A DNA stretch of 36,741 bases from a virus. Lineage: Duplodnaviria > Caudoviricetes. Shown here in pieces: positions 17,394 through 25,554 of this stretch; the stretch's first letter is position 1, and every line of letters begins with the position of its first letter. Location: positions 1-36,741 of IMG/VR virus record IMGVR_UViG_3300010234_000031; one strand, given 5' to 3'. A program made the position numbers and the translations under genes. The notes under the pieces are model-generated. The model searched no databases. It was not told where the DNA came from and worked only from the letters and a program-made list of their open reading frames with translations.

Positions 17394-17909
17394 ATGCTAT
17401 TACTAGAAGCGGCAAAGAGACACGTAGAGCAAGAGGCCACGGCCGGCGTTACGTGCCCGTGTTGCGGCCAGTACGTCCGTAGATACCGGCGCACGATAAC
17501 GTCCGGGATGGCGCGCGCGTTGATAATGATGCGCAATGCGTCCAGAGACAACCGGGGCCAGTGGCTAAACGTGCTACCAGTGCTGGACGAATCCCCGGAC
17601 GCCGTGCGGCTACGAGCCGACTACACGAAGCTCCGGTTTTGGGGATTGATCGACAACAAGGAAGCGCGGCGCAAAGACGGTAGCAAGCGCGTAGGCGTAT
17701 GGAAGGTTACGCCACTAGGCTATGCCTTCGCGGAAGGGCTTGCATGGATTCCGAAGTACCGGACAATCCAGAACAACGAGCTAATAGACGAAGACGATAC
17801 GGGCGGCCAAGTAAACATAGCCGAAGCGCTAGGCGCCGAGTTCAACTACGCGGAAATAATGCGTACCGGAGATCCGAGCTTTAGGCCAAGCCTATTCCCT
17901 AACAAGTAG
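17394..17909 (+). CDS. Hypothetical Zn-ribbon/wHTH-like protein (171 aa)
   Basis: CPCCGQ; KLRFWGLI...GVWKVTPLG. Confidence 0.7.
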   Translation: MLLLEAAKRHVEQEATAGVTCPCCGQYVRRYRRTITSGMARALIMMRNASRDNRGQWLNVLPVLDESPDAVRLRADYTKLRFWGLIDNKEARRKDGSKRVGVWKVTPLGYAFAEGLAWIPKYRTIQNNELIDEDDTGGQVNIAEALGAEFNYAEIMRTGDPSFRPSLFPNK

Positions 17910-17975
17910 CGTTGCAGAGTATTGACAGCACGCCAGCGGTGTTGTATGTTTACAGCAACTAACAATCTCGAAACG
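17910..17975 (+). promoter_or_regulatory. Early promoter cassette P5
   Basis: TTGACA 17922-17927, 17 nt, TATGTT 17945-17950. Confidence 0.8.
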
Positions 17976-18209
17976 ATGGGAATAACCGAGCGCGTATCCG
18001 AGCAATACAGCCGAATCAGTGAACGCCTTTGGGATCTGACAGACGGCGGCGCCATGCTAACCATAGACGGTTCGCTATGCGTAGACGGATACACGGTAGG
18101 CCATCTAACCCTATCACAAGCGAAGGCGGTATTGTACGTAGCCGAGACGGCGCGAGAGCGCACGATAGAGGCGGCCGTACAGGTCTTCCGCAAGCAAATA
18201 GAAGAATGA
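17976..18209 (+). CDS. Hypothetical protein (77 aa)
   Basis: CGAAACGATG start after P5. Confidence 0.65.
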   Translation: MGITERVSEQYSRISERLWDLTDGGAMLTIDGSLCVDGYTVGHLTLSQAKAVLYVAETARERTIEAAVQVFRKQIEE

Positions 18210-18418
18210 AAAACAAAGACCTTGTAGCCGTCCAGAAATACATTTCGTTGCGGTCCCTAATCGACCGCGCGGGGCTTTCCTACTACGCCGTAATGCAACG
18301 GATATGGAGGAAGACGGAGCAACCGGAAGACGCGCAGAAGGCGTTACGTAAGGCCATGTGGCCGATCAAACGAGCCATAGACAAGGCTCTAGACAAAGAG
18401 GCAAAGAATGGAGCATAG
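18206..18418 (+). CDS. Small basic HTH (Cro-like) regulator candidate
   Basis: SLRSLIDRAGLSYYAVMQRIW helix-turn-helix pattern. Confidence 0.55.
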   Translation: MKNKDLVAVQKYISLRSLIDRAGLSYYAVMQRIWRKTEQPEDAQKALRKAMWPIKRAIDKALDKEAKNGA

Positions 18419-18710
18419 CAATTTTCTAGACGCGCTAGGGGACGTACACGGCGGCCAGCTAATCGAAGAGGCGGACCGCCACCTACGGCAAGTAATAGCG
18501 GCCGTGCGGGAGCGTGGCGGAACGAGCGTGCTAACCTTAAAAATTAAGGTTGCGTCCGTGGCCGAGAATCGCGTAGACGTATCCGGCCAAGTAACGGCCA
18601 AGGTGCCGCCGGCGTCCTATCCGCCGTCTATCTTTTTCACGGACCAAGACAATAGCATTTCGCGGCGAGATCCACGCCAGCACGAAATGAAGTTTCAAGA
18701 CAACGAATAG
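18408..18710 (+). CDS. Conserved partner gene upstream of DUF2303 (YfdP-like)
   Basis: SIFFTDQDNSISRRDPRQ ending; synteny with DUF2303. Confidence 0.7.
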   Translation: MEHSNFLDALGDVHGGQLIEEADRHLRQVIAAVRERGGTSVLTLKIKVASVAENRVDVSGQVTAKVPPASYPPSIFFTDQDNSISRRDPRQHEMKFQDNE

Positions 18711-18721
18711 AGGAAGCCAGC

Positions 18722-19540
18722 ATGGACGAAACGAAAGAAGCCGTACAGGAAATCGCCAAGATGGGCGGAGCCATAACGGCAATGCAGACGCTACCGGAAG
18801 GGCTATTTATCGTGCCGGACGGGTACAGCCTACAAGGCGGCCACCGGGAGAGCGAAGACAGCCAAGAACGGCCGGCGCATAGGCGCGGCCAAGTGAACAT
18901 GAATAACGCCGCGTCTCTTGTGCGCTTCGTGCGGACGCACGGCGTGCCGGACCGGACCGCCATATTTGCGGACCATACGAAAGGCGTTGTCCGGGCCATC
19001 ATAGACTACCACGCTACGAGCTACGAGCCGGGGCACTGTCTCTTTAGCGCGCGGCTACTGGCCGTTTATTCGGAGGCGTTTTCAAAGTGGGACGCCGTAT
19101 GCGGAGGCGGCCAGCGCCAACGAGAGTTTGCGGAGTTTATCGAAGACAACATGCTAGACATAGTAGACCCGGACGGCGCTACGGTCCTAGAAGTGGCGCG
19201 GCACTTGTCGGCCAAGCGGAACGTAGCGTTTCGATCTAAGGTGGATCTGCATTCCGGGGATAACGTCTTTACCTACGAAGAGCAAACCAGCACGGGAGCG
19301 CAGAAAGGAAGCCTAGCCGTGCCGGAATTCGTGACTATCCGCGTGCCGGTCTACGAAGGCGAAGATCCGGAAGAGATTCGTATACGTTTCGGCTTCCGGA
19401 TCGGAGATAACGGTACGCTGGTATTCGTGCCTAGAATTATAGGCATTCAAGCACTGGTGGCCGAAGCCTTCGGACGCCTTTGGGATCGGATGCAAACGAA
19501 CCTAGAAGCGTTCCCGATGCAATACGAAGGCACGCCGTAG
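18722..19540 (+). CDS. DUF2303 (YfdQ-like) protein
   Basis: RAIIDYH...PGH, QREFAEFIEDN, VPEFVTIRVPVYEG. Confidence 0.85.
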   Translation: MDETKEAVQEIAKMGGAITAMQTLPEGLFIVPDGYSLQGGHRESEDSQERPAHRRGQVNMNNAASLVRFVRTHGVPDRTAIFADHTKGVVRAIIDYHATSYEPGHCLFSARLLAVYSEAFSKWDAVCGGGQRQREFAEFIEDNMLDIVDPDGATVLEVARHLSAKRNVAFRSKVDLHSGDNVFTYEEQTSTGAQKGSLAVPEFVTIRVPVYEGEDPEEIRIRFGFRIGDNGTLVFVPRIIGIQALVAEAFGRLWDRMQTNLEAFPMQYEGTP

Positions 19541-19546
19541 AAACGC

Positions 19547-19620
19547 GTAGGGGCGCCCGGCGTGAGTACCGGGCGCCCCTACTACGAAGCCAGCCGGGCG
19601 AAGCAACGCCGGCCGGCTGG
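19547..19620 (+). other. Two GC-rich intergenic hairpins
   Basis: Perfect 14-bp inverted repeat 19547-19560/19569-19582; CCAGCCGG...CCGGCTGG 19590-19620. Confidence 0.65.
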
Positions 19621-19644
19621 AATATAGGTGAACGCCTTTTTTTT

Positions 19645-19714
19645 ACCTAGAGTGTTGCAACTATGTAACGCGCGTTGTATACTTAGAACAAGCAAACGAA
19701 CAAGCGCCGAGACA
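19645..19714 (+). promoter_or_regulatory. Early promoter cassette P6
   Basis: TTGCAA 19655-19660, 17 nt, TATACT 19678-19683; 23 nt of leader identical to P3. Confidence 0.8.
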
Positions 19715-19894
19715 ATGACTATCAACACCACGCCAGTACCGTTCTCCACTAAGGAAGTAGCCGAGAGCTACGCGGCCAAGTACCGCGCCGGAGATCCGGA
19801 ATGGACGTACACGGTAGTCCGCGCCTATGGCGGCGGTTTCGTTATCGTGGTCAAAGACGAAGACAGAGAGACCGTAGACGAAGTAGGAATCTAA
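19715..19894 (+). CDS. Hypothetical protein (59 aa)
   Basis: CGAGACAATG start after P6. Confidence 0.65.
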   Translation: MTINTTPVPFSTKEVAESYAAKYRAGDPEWTYTVVRAYGGGFVIVVKDEDRETVDEVGI

Positions 19895-19912
19895 ATCCAG
19901 ACAAGCGAAGCA

Positions 19913-20806
19913 ATGACAGTAAACGAAGCATTCCACGCAAACCGCCTAACCGGCATAGGCGGGTCCGACGCCGCCACGGTATGCGGCCTAAACCCGTACA
20001 AGAGCGCAGTAGAGCTTTACTACGAGAAACGGGGCGAATCCACGCCGGAAGACATTTCCGACAAGCCGGCGATCCGTTGGGGCAACCTACTAGAGCCACT
20101 GGTAGCGGCGGAGTACATGCGCGAAACCGGCCGCGTGGTGCGGCGCAAGAACGCCATGTTACGCCACAAGGAGCATCCGCATATGATCGCGCACCTAGAC
20201 CGCGTGGTGCAAGGCGAAAGGATCGTGGTAGAGATTAAGACCGTAAGCCAGATAGCCTATGACAAAGGCGATTGGGGACCGGCCGGCACGGACGAAGTGC
20301 CTAGCCATTATCTCTTGCAGGTTCAGCACTACATGGCCGTAACCGGATACCCTGTAGCGCACCTAGCCGTGTTGATCGGCGGCCGGGATTTCCGGCTATA
20401 CGTTATCGAACGGAACGAGGCGCTGATAGAGCATTTGATAGAACGCGAATCGGCGTTCTGGACATGCGTTCTGGAAGGCGTATTGCCGGAAGTGGACTAC
20501 ACAAACCCGCTGGCCGGCGCGGACGTACAGCGTATCTATCCGGACGTTACGGACGAAGTGGTAGAGATTGGAGAACGCGGCGCGGAGATCCACAAGCAAC
20601 TGCGGGAAATTGCCGTGTCCGACAAAGAGAACAAGACCGCCAAGGCCGCACTGCGCGCGGAGCTTGCGGCTATGATCGGCCAAGCCGGCTTCGGCGTTCT
20701 CCCGGATGGCACGGCCTACCGGCGCAAGGCCACGGCGGAGAAATTCGTAAAGGGCTACACGAAGAAAGCCGGCATAGACATGCGCCACGTAAAGGGAGTA
20801 CGCTAA
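19913..20806 (+). CDS. YqaJ/lambda-exonuclease family recombination nuclease
   Basis: RLTGIGGSD, WGNLLEP, AHLDR, EIKT, YLLQVQHYM. Confidence 0.95.
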   Translation: MTVNEAFHANRLTGIGGSDAATVCGLNPYKSAVELYYEKRGESTPEDISDKPAIRWGNLLEPLVAAEYMRETGRVVRRKNAMLRHKEHPHMIAHLDRVVQGERIVVEIKTVSQIAYDKGDWGPAGTDEVPSHYLLQVQHYMAVTGYPVAHLAVLIGGRDFRLYVIERNEALIEHLIERESAFWTCVLEGVLPEVDYTNPLAGADVQRIYPDVTDEVVEIGERGAEIHKQLREIAVSDKENKTAKAALRAELAAMIGQAGFGVLPDGTAYRRKATAEKFVKGYTKKAGIDMRHVKGVR

Positions 20807-20813
20807 AAGAATC

Positions 20814-20884
20814 TGTTGTAGGGTGTTGACATTAACGGGTGGCGTGTTGTATACTTAGAACAAGCAACAACAACGCCGCCCGTT
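20814..20884 (+). promoter_or_regulatory. Early promoter cassette P7
   Basis: TTGACA 20826-20831, 18 nt, TATACT 20850-20855; 22 nt identical to P6. Confidence 0.85.
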
Positions 20885-21094
20885 ATGACTATCAAGAACA
20901 ACATGCAAGCCGCCGCCAACGAGATCGTAAAGACTATCGGCGCAATGGACCCGACGATTTCTAACCGGGACGCCAATAAGTTGGCGCTTGCCTTTATCGT
21001 TCAGGCATGGGCGGAGACGGCGGACGCCGAAGCAATGACCGACGCCGAAGCCAAGCATTTCTTAGAGCAAATCGAAGCGGACCTTTTCGCCTAA
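20885..21094 (+). CDS. Hypothetical protein (69 aa)
   Basis: ORF after P7, between exonuclease and annealase. Confidence 0.7.
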   Translation: MTIKNNMQAAANEIVKTIGAMDPTISNRDANKLALAFIVQAWAETADAEAMTDAEAKHFLEQIEADLFA

Positions 21095-21108
21095 ACCAAC
21101 ACGAAGCC

Positions 21109-21954
21109 ATGCCAGAATTATTCGAACAAGACGGACTAACGCCGGAGCAAAAGGCGGCCTTCTTCCCGGAGGAAGAGGACGCCCCGGAAGCGGCCACGGA
21201 AGAGCAATTAAGTAGCGCCATAGACGAGAGGCTAAAACGAGAAGGCGCGCCGGAGCGAGAGCCGGTAGAAGTGGAGACCGTAGAAGTAGACGCCAGTACG
21301 AAGGAAGGGCCGGCCACGGCTACGGCCATCGTGCCACGCGCTACGCTAACGGCCGCCGCCGGCCAGCGTGTCCAGCCATTGCGCCCGGACTCCGTGGAAG
21401 GCTACTTCCGCCTAGCTCAATACGTAGCGTCTTCGGACCTAGTGCCAAGTAGCTACAAGAACAAGCCGGCAAACGTGCTGGTGGCTATGCAATTCGGCGC
21501 CGAGCTTGGCCTGTCCCCGATGCAAGCCGTACAGAACATAGCCGTAATCGGCGGCCGCCCGGCCGTGTGGGGGGACGCGGTAATAGCTATCGTCTTCGGC
21601 CATCCGCTATTCGTGCAAGAGGCGTTCAGCGAAACGACCGAAGGCGAGTATCCATCGGACGATTTCGCGGCCGTATGCACATGCCAGCGCGAAGGATCGG
21701 AGCCGAAGACCACGCGGTTTAGCATAGCGGACGCGAAGACGGCCGGGCTTTGGGGCGGCAGAGGACCGTGGAGCCAATACCCTAAACGCATGCTGAAAAT
21801 GCGCGCGCGCGGATTCGCCTTGCGGGACTCGTTCCCGGATTCGCTAAAGGGAATGTATCTAGCCGAAGAGGTTGTAACAGTACAACAGGAGCCGTACACT
21901 AGTGGGGCCGCCACGAAATCCGACAAGGTAGCGGCACTACTTGGGGGCGCCTAG
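21109..21954 (+). CDS. RecT/Redbeta-like single-strand annealing protein
   Basis: GAELGLSPMQAVQNIAVIGGRP, PWSQYPKRML..RARGFALRDSFPD.L.G. Confidence 0.88.
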   Translation: MPELFEQDGLTPEQKAAFFPEEEDAPEAATEEQLSSAIDERLKREGAPEREPVEVETVEVDASTKEGPATATAIVPRATLTAAAGQRVQPLRPDSVEGYFRLAQYVASSDLVPSSYKNKPANVLVAMQFGAELGLSPMQAVQNIAVIGGRPAVWGDAVIAIVFGHPLFVQEAFSETTEGEYPSDDFAAVCTCQREGSEPKTTRFSIADAKTAGLWGGRGPWSQYPKRMLKMRARGFALRDSFPDSLKGMYLAEEVVTVQQEPYTSGAATKSDKVAALLGGA

Positions 21955-21961
21955 CGCCCTA

Positions 21962-22030
21962 CGTAAGCGCGTACGGACCCCGGCGGATACAGGCAGTCAC
22001 GTAGGACGCCGGGGCCGCGCGCGCCTTACG
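21962..22030 (+). other. Long structured leader upstream of the replication initiator
   Basis: CGTAAG/CTTACG, CGCG and CCCCGGCG/CGCCGGGG nested stems. Confidence 0.55.
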
Positions 22031-22065
22031 GAGCATTTAACGAAGCCATACAGCGAAGCAAACCG

Positions 22066-22875
22066 ATGGCAGGAAAACCAGCATTCCAATTTTATCCGGG
22101 CGATTGGTTAAAAGACCCGGCGCTAGGCATGTGCGGACCGGCCACCCGTGGCATTTGGGTGGACCTACTATGCGCGTGCTGGAATTCGGACCAAGGGAGC
22201 ATAACCGGGACGCCCCGGCAACTGGCGCGCGTGTGCCGTTGTGACACGGCCGAAATGCGCGAAGCCATCGAAGAGCTAGACGCGCAAGGCGTAGCCGACA
22301 TAACCGAAGACCCGGCCGGCGTGTTTACCGTCGTAAGCCGGCGCATGCAAAGAGACCTTAGAGAGCGCGGCCTAAAGCGTGACCGGGACCGGCGCTACCG
22401 TGAACGAAACGACGGTGGAAGCGACGGTGAAACGACGGGCGATACGACGGCAAAACGCGAAGAGGAAGTAGAAGAAGAAGTAGAAGACCTAGAAAGAGAA
22501 AGGATAGCCGACTTCGAAGCGCGTTTCTGGAATCCGTACGGTAAGAAGATCGACCGGAAGAAATGCTACCGCATGTGGCGGCGGCTAACGGAAGGAGAGC
22601 GCAAGGCCATAGCCGAAGACATTCCGCACTACGTACAGCACGCGCACGATCCGGCATTCCGTAAGAACCCGCTAACGTATCTAAGCGGAAACAACTGGCT
22701 AGACGAAAGGGCAACGACCTACGCGGACCCGGCGGCCAAGCTCGTAACCTACGAAGGCATGCTGGACGCGATAAGCAAGAACGGCAAGAACCAGAGTAGC
22801 ACGGACGATTACGAACGTGTACCGCAGAAAACAGGGAAACCATTATGGCGACTAAAAAGCAAGAAACGTTTATAG
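22066..22875 (+). CDS. Phage replication initiator protein
   Basis: N-terminal PAFQFYPGDWL...RGIWVDLLC; acidic linker; C-terminal FW..YGKK...KNPLTYL...NWLDE. Confidence 0.82.
   Translation: MAGKPAFQFYPGDWLKDPALGMCGPATRGIWVDLLCACWNSDQGSITGTPRQLARVCRCDTAEMREAIEELDAQGVADITEDPAGVFTVVSRRMQRDLRERGLKRDRDRRYRERNDGGSDGETTGDTTAKREEEVEEEVEDLERERIADFEARFWNPYGKKIDRKKCYRMWRRLTEGERKAIAEDIPHYVQHAHDPAFRKNPLTYLSGNNWLDERATTYADPAAKLVTYEGMLDAISKNGKNQSSTDDYERVPQKTGKPLWRLKSKKRL
22409..22503 (+). repeat. Iteron array plus purine tract inside the initiator gene (putative origin, copy B)
   Basis: RCGACGG at 22409, 22421, 22432, 22444, then ACGCGAAGAG at 22455 and a GAA-rich tract. Confidence 0.8.
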
Positions 22876-22993
22876 CCGGCTTCGTCGGCTTCGCACGGCT
22901 AACGTGTATCGTGGGGGCCGGGGTGGCCTTCTACACTGGCAACATAGAAGGCGCCTTTTTCGGACTAGCCGCCTTTTGGGTAATGGGCCAGCC

Positions 22994-23197
22994 ATGAAAG
23001 AGCCGAAGCAAACAATGATAGGCGCCGCGATCGATCTACAGAGCGCGTTCGAAGATGTAGGCGCCGCCTTCGTAGGCGCTACTAAAGCAATAGAAGGCAT
23101 GCGGCCCATATTGTACGAGATCAAGGCGGGCCGCCGCCGGCACATGCGGCGTATGGCGTACATGACATTTCGTAAATGCCGGAGGCAAGGACTATGA
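22994..23197 (+). CDS. Hypothetical protein (67 aa)
   Basis: ATG start; ATGA overlap with next gene. Confidence 0.55.
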   Translation: MKEPKQTMIGAAIDLQSAFEDVGAAFVGATKAIEGMRPILYEIKAGRRRHMRRMAYMTFRKCRRQGL

Positions 23198-23388
23198 AAC
23201 CAGACGCGAAGCCGTGCCCGTTCTGCGGGTCTACCGAAGTGGGCTACACGTACATTAGTGAGCTACGGGACCGTGGCGTAGAGTACGGGTGCATTAGTTG
23301 TTTCCAGTGCGGCGCCAACGCGGCCACGCTCCATAGCTGGAATAACCGCGCCACAGCCCCGCAGGACGAAAAGGAGGCACCGAAATGA
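23194..23388 (+). CDS. Lar-like (restriction alleviation family) Zn-finger protein
   Basis: KPCPFCGS...CFQCGA...WNNR. Confidence 0.75.
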   Translation: MKPDAKPCPFCGSTEVGYTYISELRDRGVEYGCISCFQCGANAATLHSWNNRATAPQDEKEAPK

Positions 23389-23714
23389 CCGAGAAGAAAA
23401 CATTCACCGAGCAGGTTGAGGATATCACGTTTGATACGTTCACTTCGATTTTGCCGAGTCGGTTCGTAGATCCCATTATGCTCACCCCCATCCTTGCCAA
23501 AGCCGAGGCATTGGAGCAGGAAAACGAGCGGCTACGGGATGTTGCGCCAGCGGCACTAAAGCTGGCTAACACGATCGCAAAAGCAGAATCCGAACTCGCC
23601 CGACTGCGGCCCGTCTACGACGCGGCTGTTGAATGGGCCGAAAGCGACACCGCGAGTGCCCACGAGGAGGATGCATTGATGGACGCGGTCAACCTATCTC
23701 GCGCCACAGCCCCG
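23347..23714 (+). repeat. 15-bp direct repeat CGCGCCACAGCCCCG at 23347-23361 and 23700-23714
   Basis: Exact match read from the sequence. Confidence 0.85.
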
Positions 23715-23750
23715 AAGCCCGACCCTTCGGGGGACGGGGCAGACAAATGA
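23385..23750 (+). CDS. Hypothetical coiled-coil protein (121 aa) with atypical composition
   Basis: AAGGAGG RBS; ATGA overlaps on both sides. Confidence 0.75.
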   Translation: MTEKKTFTEQVEDITFDTFTSILPSRFVDPIMLTPILAKAEALEQENERLRDVAPAALKLANTIAKAESELARLRPVYDAAVEWAESDTASAHEEDALMDAVNLSRATAPKPDPSGDGADK

Positions 23751-24052
23751 AACGGACCGAGCGCTACAAGCAATACCGTAAGACCGTGGCGGCCGTAACG
23801 AAGCTGGCGAGAGCCGAAGGCGTACCGGGCTACACGTACGGAGCTACGCTAGACCATATCGTGCCGGTCTCGTTCGGGTTCAAGCACGGCATAGACCCGG
23901 CGCTAATCGGCGCCAATTCGAATCTACAGTGGATGGACCTAAACGCGAACATCCAGAAGGGCGCCGGCATAACCGCCGAAGCCATCCAGAAGTTACGCGG
24001 GTGGGGATGTACTACCTTGGCGGACACGGAAGAGTACAAGCTAGACCGATGA
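23747..24052 (+). CDS. HNH-like nuclease domain protein (101 aa)
   Basis: LDHIVPV...NLQWM...NIQKG. Confidence 0.7.
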   Translation: MKRTERYKQYRKTVAAVTKLARAEGVPGYTYGATLDHIVPVSFGFKHGIDPALIGANSNLQWMDLNANIQKGAGITAEAIQKLRGWGCTTLADTEEYKLDR

Positions 24053-24228
24053 ATGCCGCGATAAGCAAAGAGTACGTAGACGCGCTAGAGTGGCTACACG
24101 AAGCACTGGTAGAGTGGCTGTCTAATCCGAACCCGGCAACGATAACCGTGCTACACAAGGCCGCCAACAGAGCCACGGACGCGCGCCTAGCGTTCTACCA
24201 AACCAGAAAGCCAGCGGGGCAAGCGTAA
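24049..24228 (+). CDS. Hypothetical protein (59 aa)
   Basis: Translationally coupled overlaps. Confidence 0.6.
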   Translation: MNAAISKEYVDALEWLHEALVEWLSNPNPATITVLHKAANRATDARLAFYQTRKPAGQA

Positions 24229-24395
24229 TGGGCCGGAAGCTAACGAAGCCATCCAGCACAAGTACAGCCAGCGCCATCAAGAGCGTAACGATAACCGTAC
24301 GCCGGACCAGTGGGCCGAACACGGACCAGACGATAAAAGACCCGGACGTATTGCGCGCGGCCTTGTGGCAACTACTAGACGAGATACCGATATGA
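24228..24395 (+). CDS. Hypothetical protein (55 aa, MGRKLTKP...LLDEIPI)
   Basis: TAATG and ATGA overlaps; below ORF track cutoff. Confidence 0.5.
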   Translation: MGRKLTKPSSTSTASAIKSVTITVRRTSGPNTDQTIKDPDVLRAALWQLLDEIPI

Positions 24396-24586
24396 GAATC
24401 TTTAACACGGAACGTACAAGGTGCCTAGAGTGCCGCATGCCGGACGCGCCGAACGTGGCGACCTTGGAGATAGGCGGAGCGCGTACGTACTTGTGCGCCG
24501 ACTGTAGAGGGCTACTGGCTACCGTGCTACGAACCTTCCGAAGACAGAACGACAAGACCGGCCGGGGGGCCGCTAGGCATGCTTGA
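24392..24586 (+). CDS. Small Zn-finger protein
   Basis: CLEC...YLCADC. Confidence 0.6.
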   Translation: MRIFNTERTRCLECRMPDAPNVATLEIGGARTYLCADCRGLLATVLRTFRRQNDKTGRGAARHA

Positions 24587-24872
24587 ATCCATAGCGGATA
24601 ATATGTACGTAATTCTATTGGGCGCATTTGCCGGCGCGCTTGTCTTTCTATTAGCGTTATACGTTGGTCGGCTATCTGTTATCGTCCGGGATCTACCGCG
24701 CGCAATGGAAGGGCCGGTGCCGATGAGGCCGGAAGCCGGCGAGAGCTACACGGACAACGCCGGCATACGATGGACATGCGACCACGTATACACGTATTCG
24801 GACGGGAGAACAGAGGCATTCTGGTTCACGATGGACCCAAAAGCAAAGAGGCTAGCACGAAATGGGAAATAA
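24579..24872 (+). CDS. Single-TM membrane protein
   Basis: YVILLGAFAGALVFLLALYV hydrophobic helix. Confidence 0.65.
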   Translation: MLESIADNMYVILLGAFAGALVFLLALYVGRLSVIVRDLPRAMEGPVPMRPEAGESYTDNAGIRWTCDHVYTYSDGRTEAFWFTMDPKAKRLARNGK

Positions 24873-25029
24873 GAAGCCACGCAAGGCGCCGCCGGTTACG
24901 CTAGTGCCGTACGCCTTCGAACAAGCACACCGGGCCAGCATGCGCGCGGAGCTTAAAAAACGCCGGAAGGCCGTAGCCAGAGGGCATATAAATGCTAAAC
25001 CGAATCAAGAGACTAAGGCGGAGGATTAA
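24862..25029 (+). CDS. Small basic hypothetical protein (55 aa)
   Basis: Fills the gap with overlaps on both sides. Confidence 0.4.
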   Translation: MGNKKPRKAPPVTLVPYAFEQAHRASMRAELKKRRKAVARGHINAKPNQETKAED

Positions 25030-25240
25030 GGGATTCCGTACCGGCGTGTATTCCGAAGAGTGGAAGCCGGACCCGTCCAAAACGTGCGGCAACTGTTACG
25101 CATTTGGCGCCGTGGCTGGCGTATGCTACCAGTACGCCGGGTCAGAATTCCGGAAGAGCAAAACGCCGGAGGACACATGCGCATTTCACGAGCAAAGGCG
25201 GAAGCGAGAGACCACGGGAAAAGGAGGGCCAAAGACATGA
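24992..25240 (+). CDS. Cys-rich hypothetical protein
   Basis: TCGNC...C...TCAFH. Confidence 0.55.
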   Translation: MLNRIKRLRRRIKGFRTGVYSEEWKPDPSKTCGNCYAFGAVAGVCYQYAGSEFRKSKTPEDTCAFHEQRRKRETTGKGGPKT

Positions 25241-25491
25241 TAGAGGAAGTATGGAAGCGCCACGCCGTCCGGTACTTTTGGGATAACGGGTACAGCACTT
25301 CGTCCATAGCGGCGCTACTCGGCATGCGCATAGCCAGCGTGTACCTAATCCTTACGGCCTACGTAGGCACGGAGGAACGAGACGGCCTACGAGCGCGCCT
25401 AGAAGCGGCGCACATGGACCAGCTACCAGCGTACCGGAAAACGACCATAACGGTAGAGGCTGGCACGCGTAGATCAATTCGCGGCGTATAG
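25237..25491 (+). CDS. HTH protein, candidate late-transcription regulator
   Basis: GYSTSSIAALLGMRIASVYLIL; AAGGAGG RBS; last gene before the lysis promoter. Confidence 0.6.
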   Translation: MIEEVWKRHAVRYFWDNGYSTSSIAALLGMRIASVYLILTAYVGTEERDGLRARLEAAHMDQLPAYRKTTITVEAGTRRSIRGV

Positions 25492-25492
25492 C

Positions 25493-25521
25493 TGGACAAC
25501 GTGCGCCGGCGGCCGTATTGT
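25493..25521 (+). promoter_or_regulatory. Putative promoter for the lysis cassette
   Basis: TGGACA, 17 nt, TATTGT, followed by a CAACAACAAC leader. Confidence 0.55.
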
Positions 25522-25554
25522 TATCACAACAACAACCGCTAGCCACCGTGCGCC

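Noticed and set aside
12916-20884. Repeated ~60-bp elements as a CRISPR array
   Set aside because: Irregular kb-scale spacing, whole genes between copies, clear -35/-10 content and no cas genes
23747-24052. HNH gene as a mobile intron/homing element
   Set aside because: Free-standing, translationally coupled, interrupts no gene, and no intron structure seen
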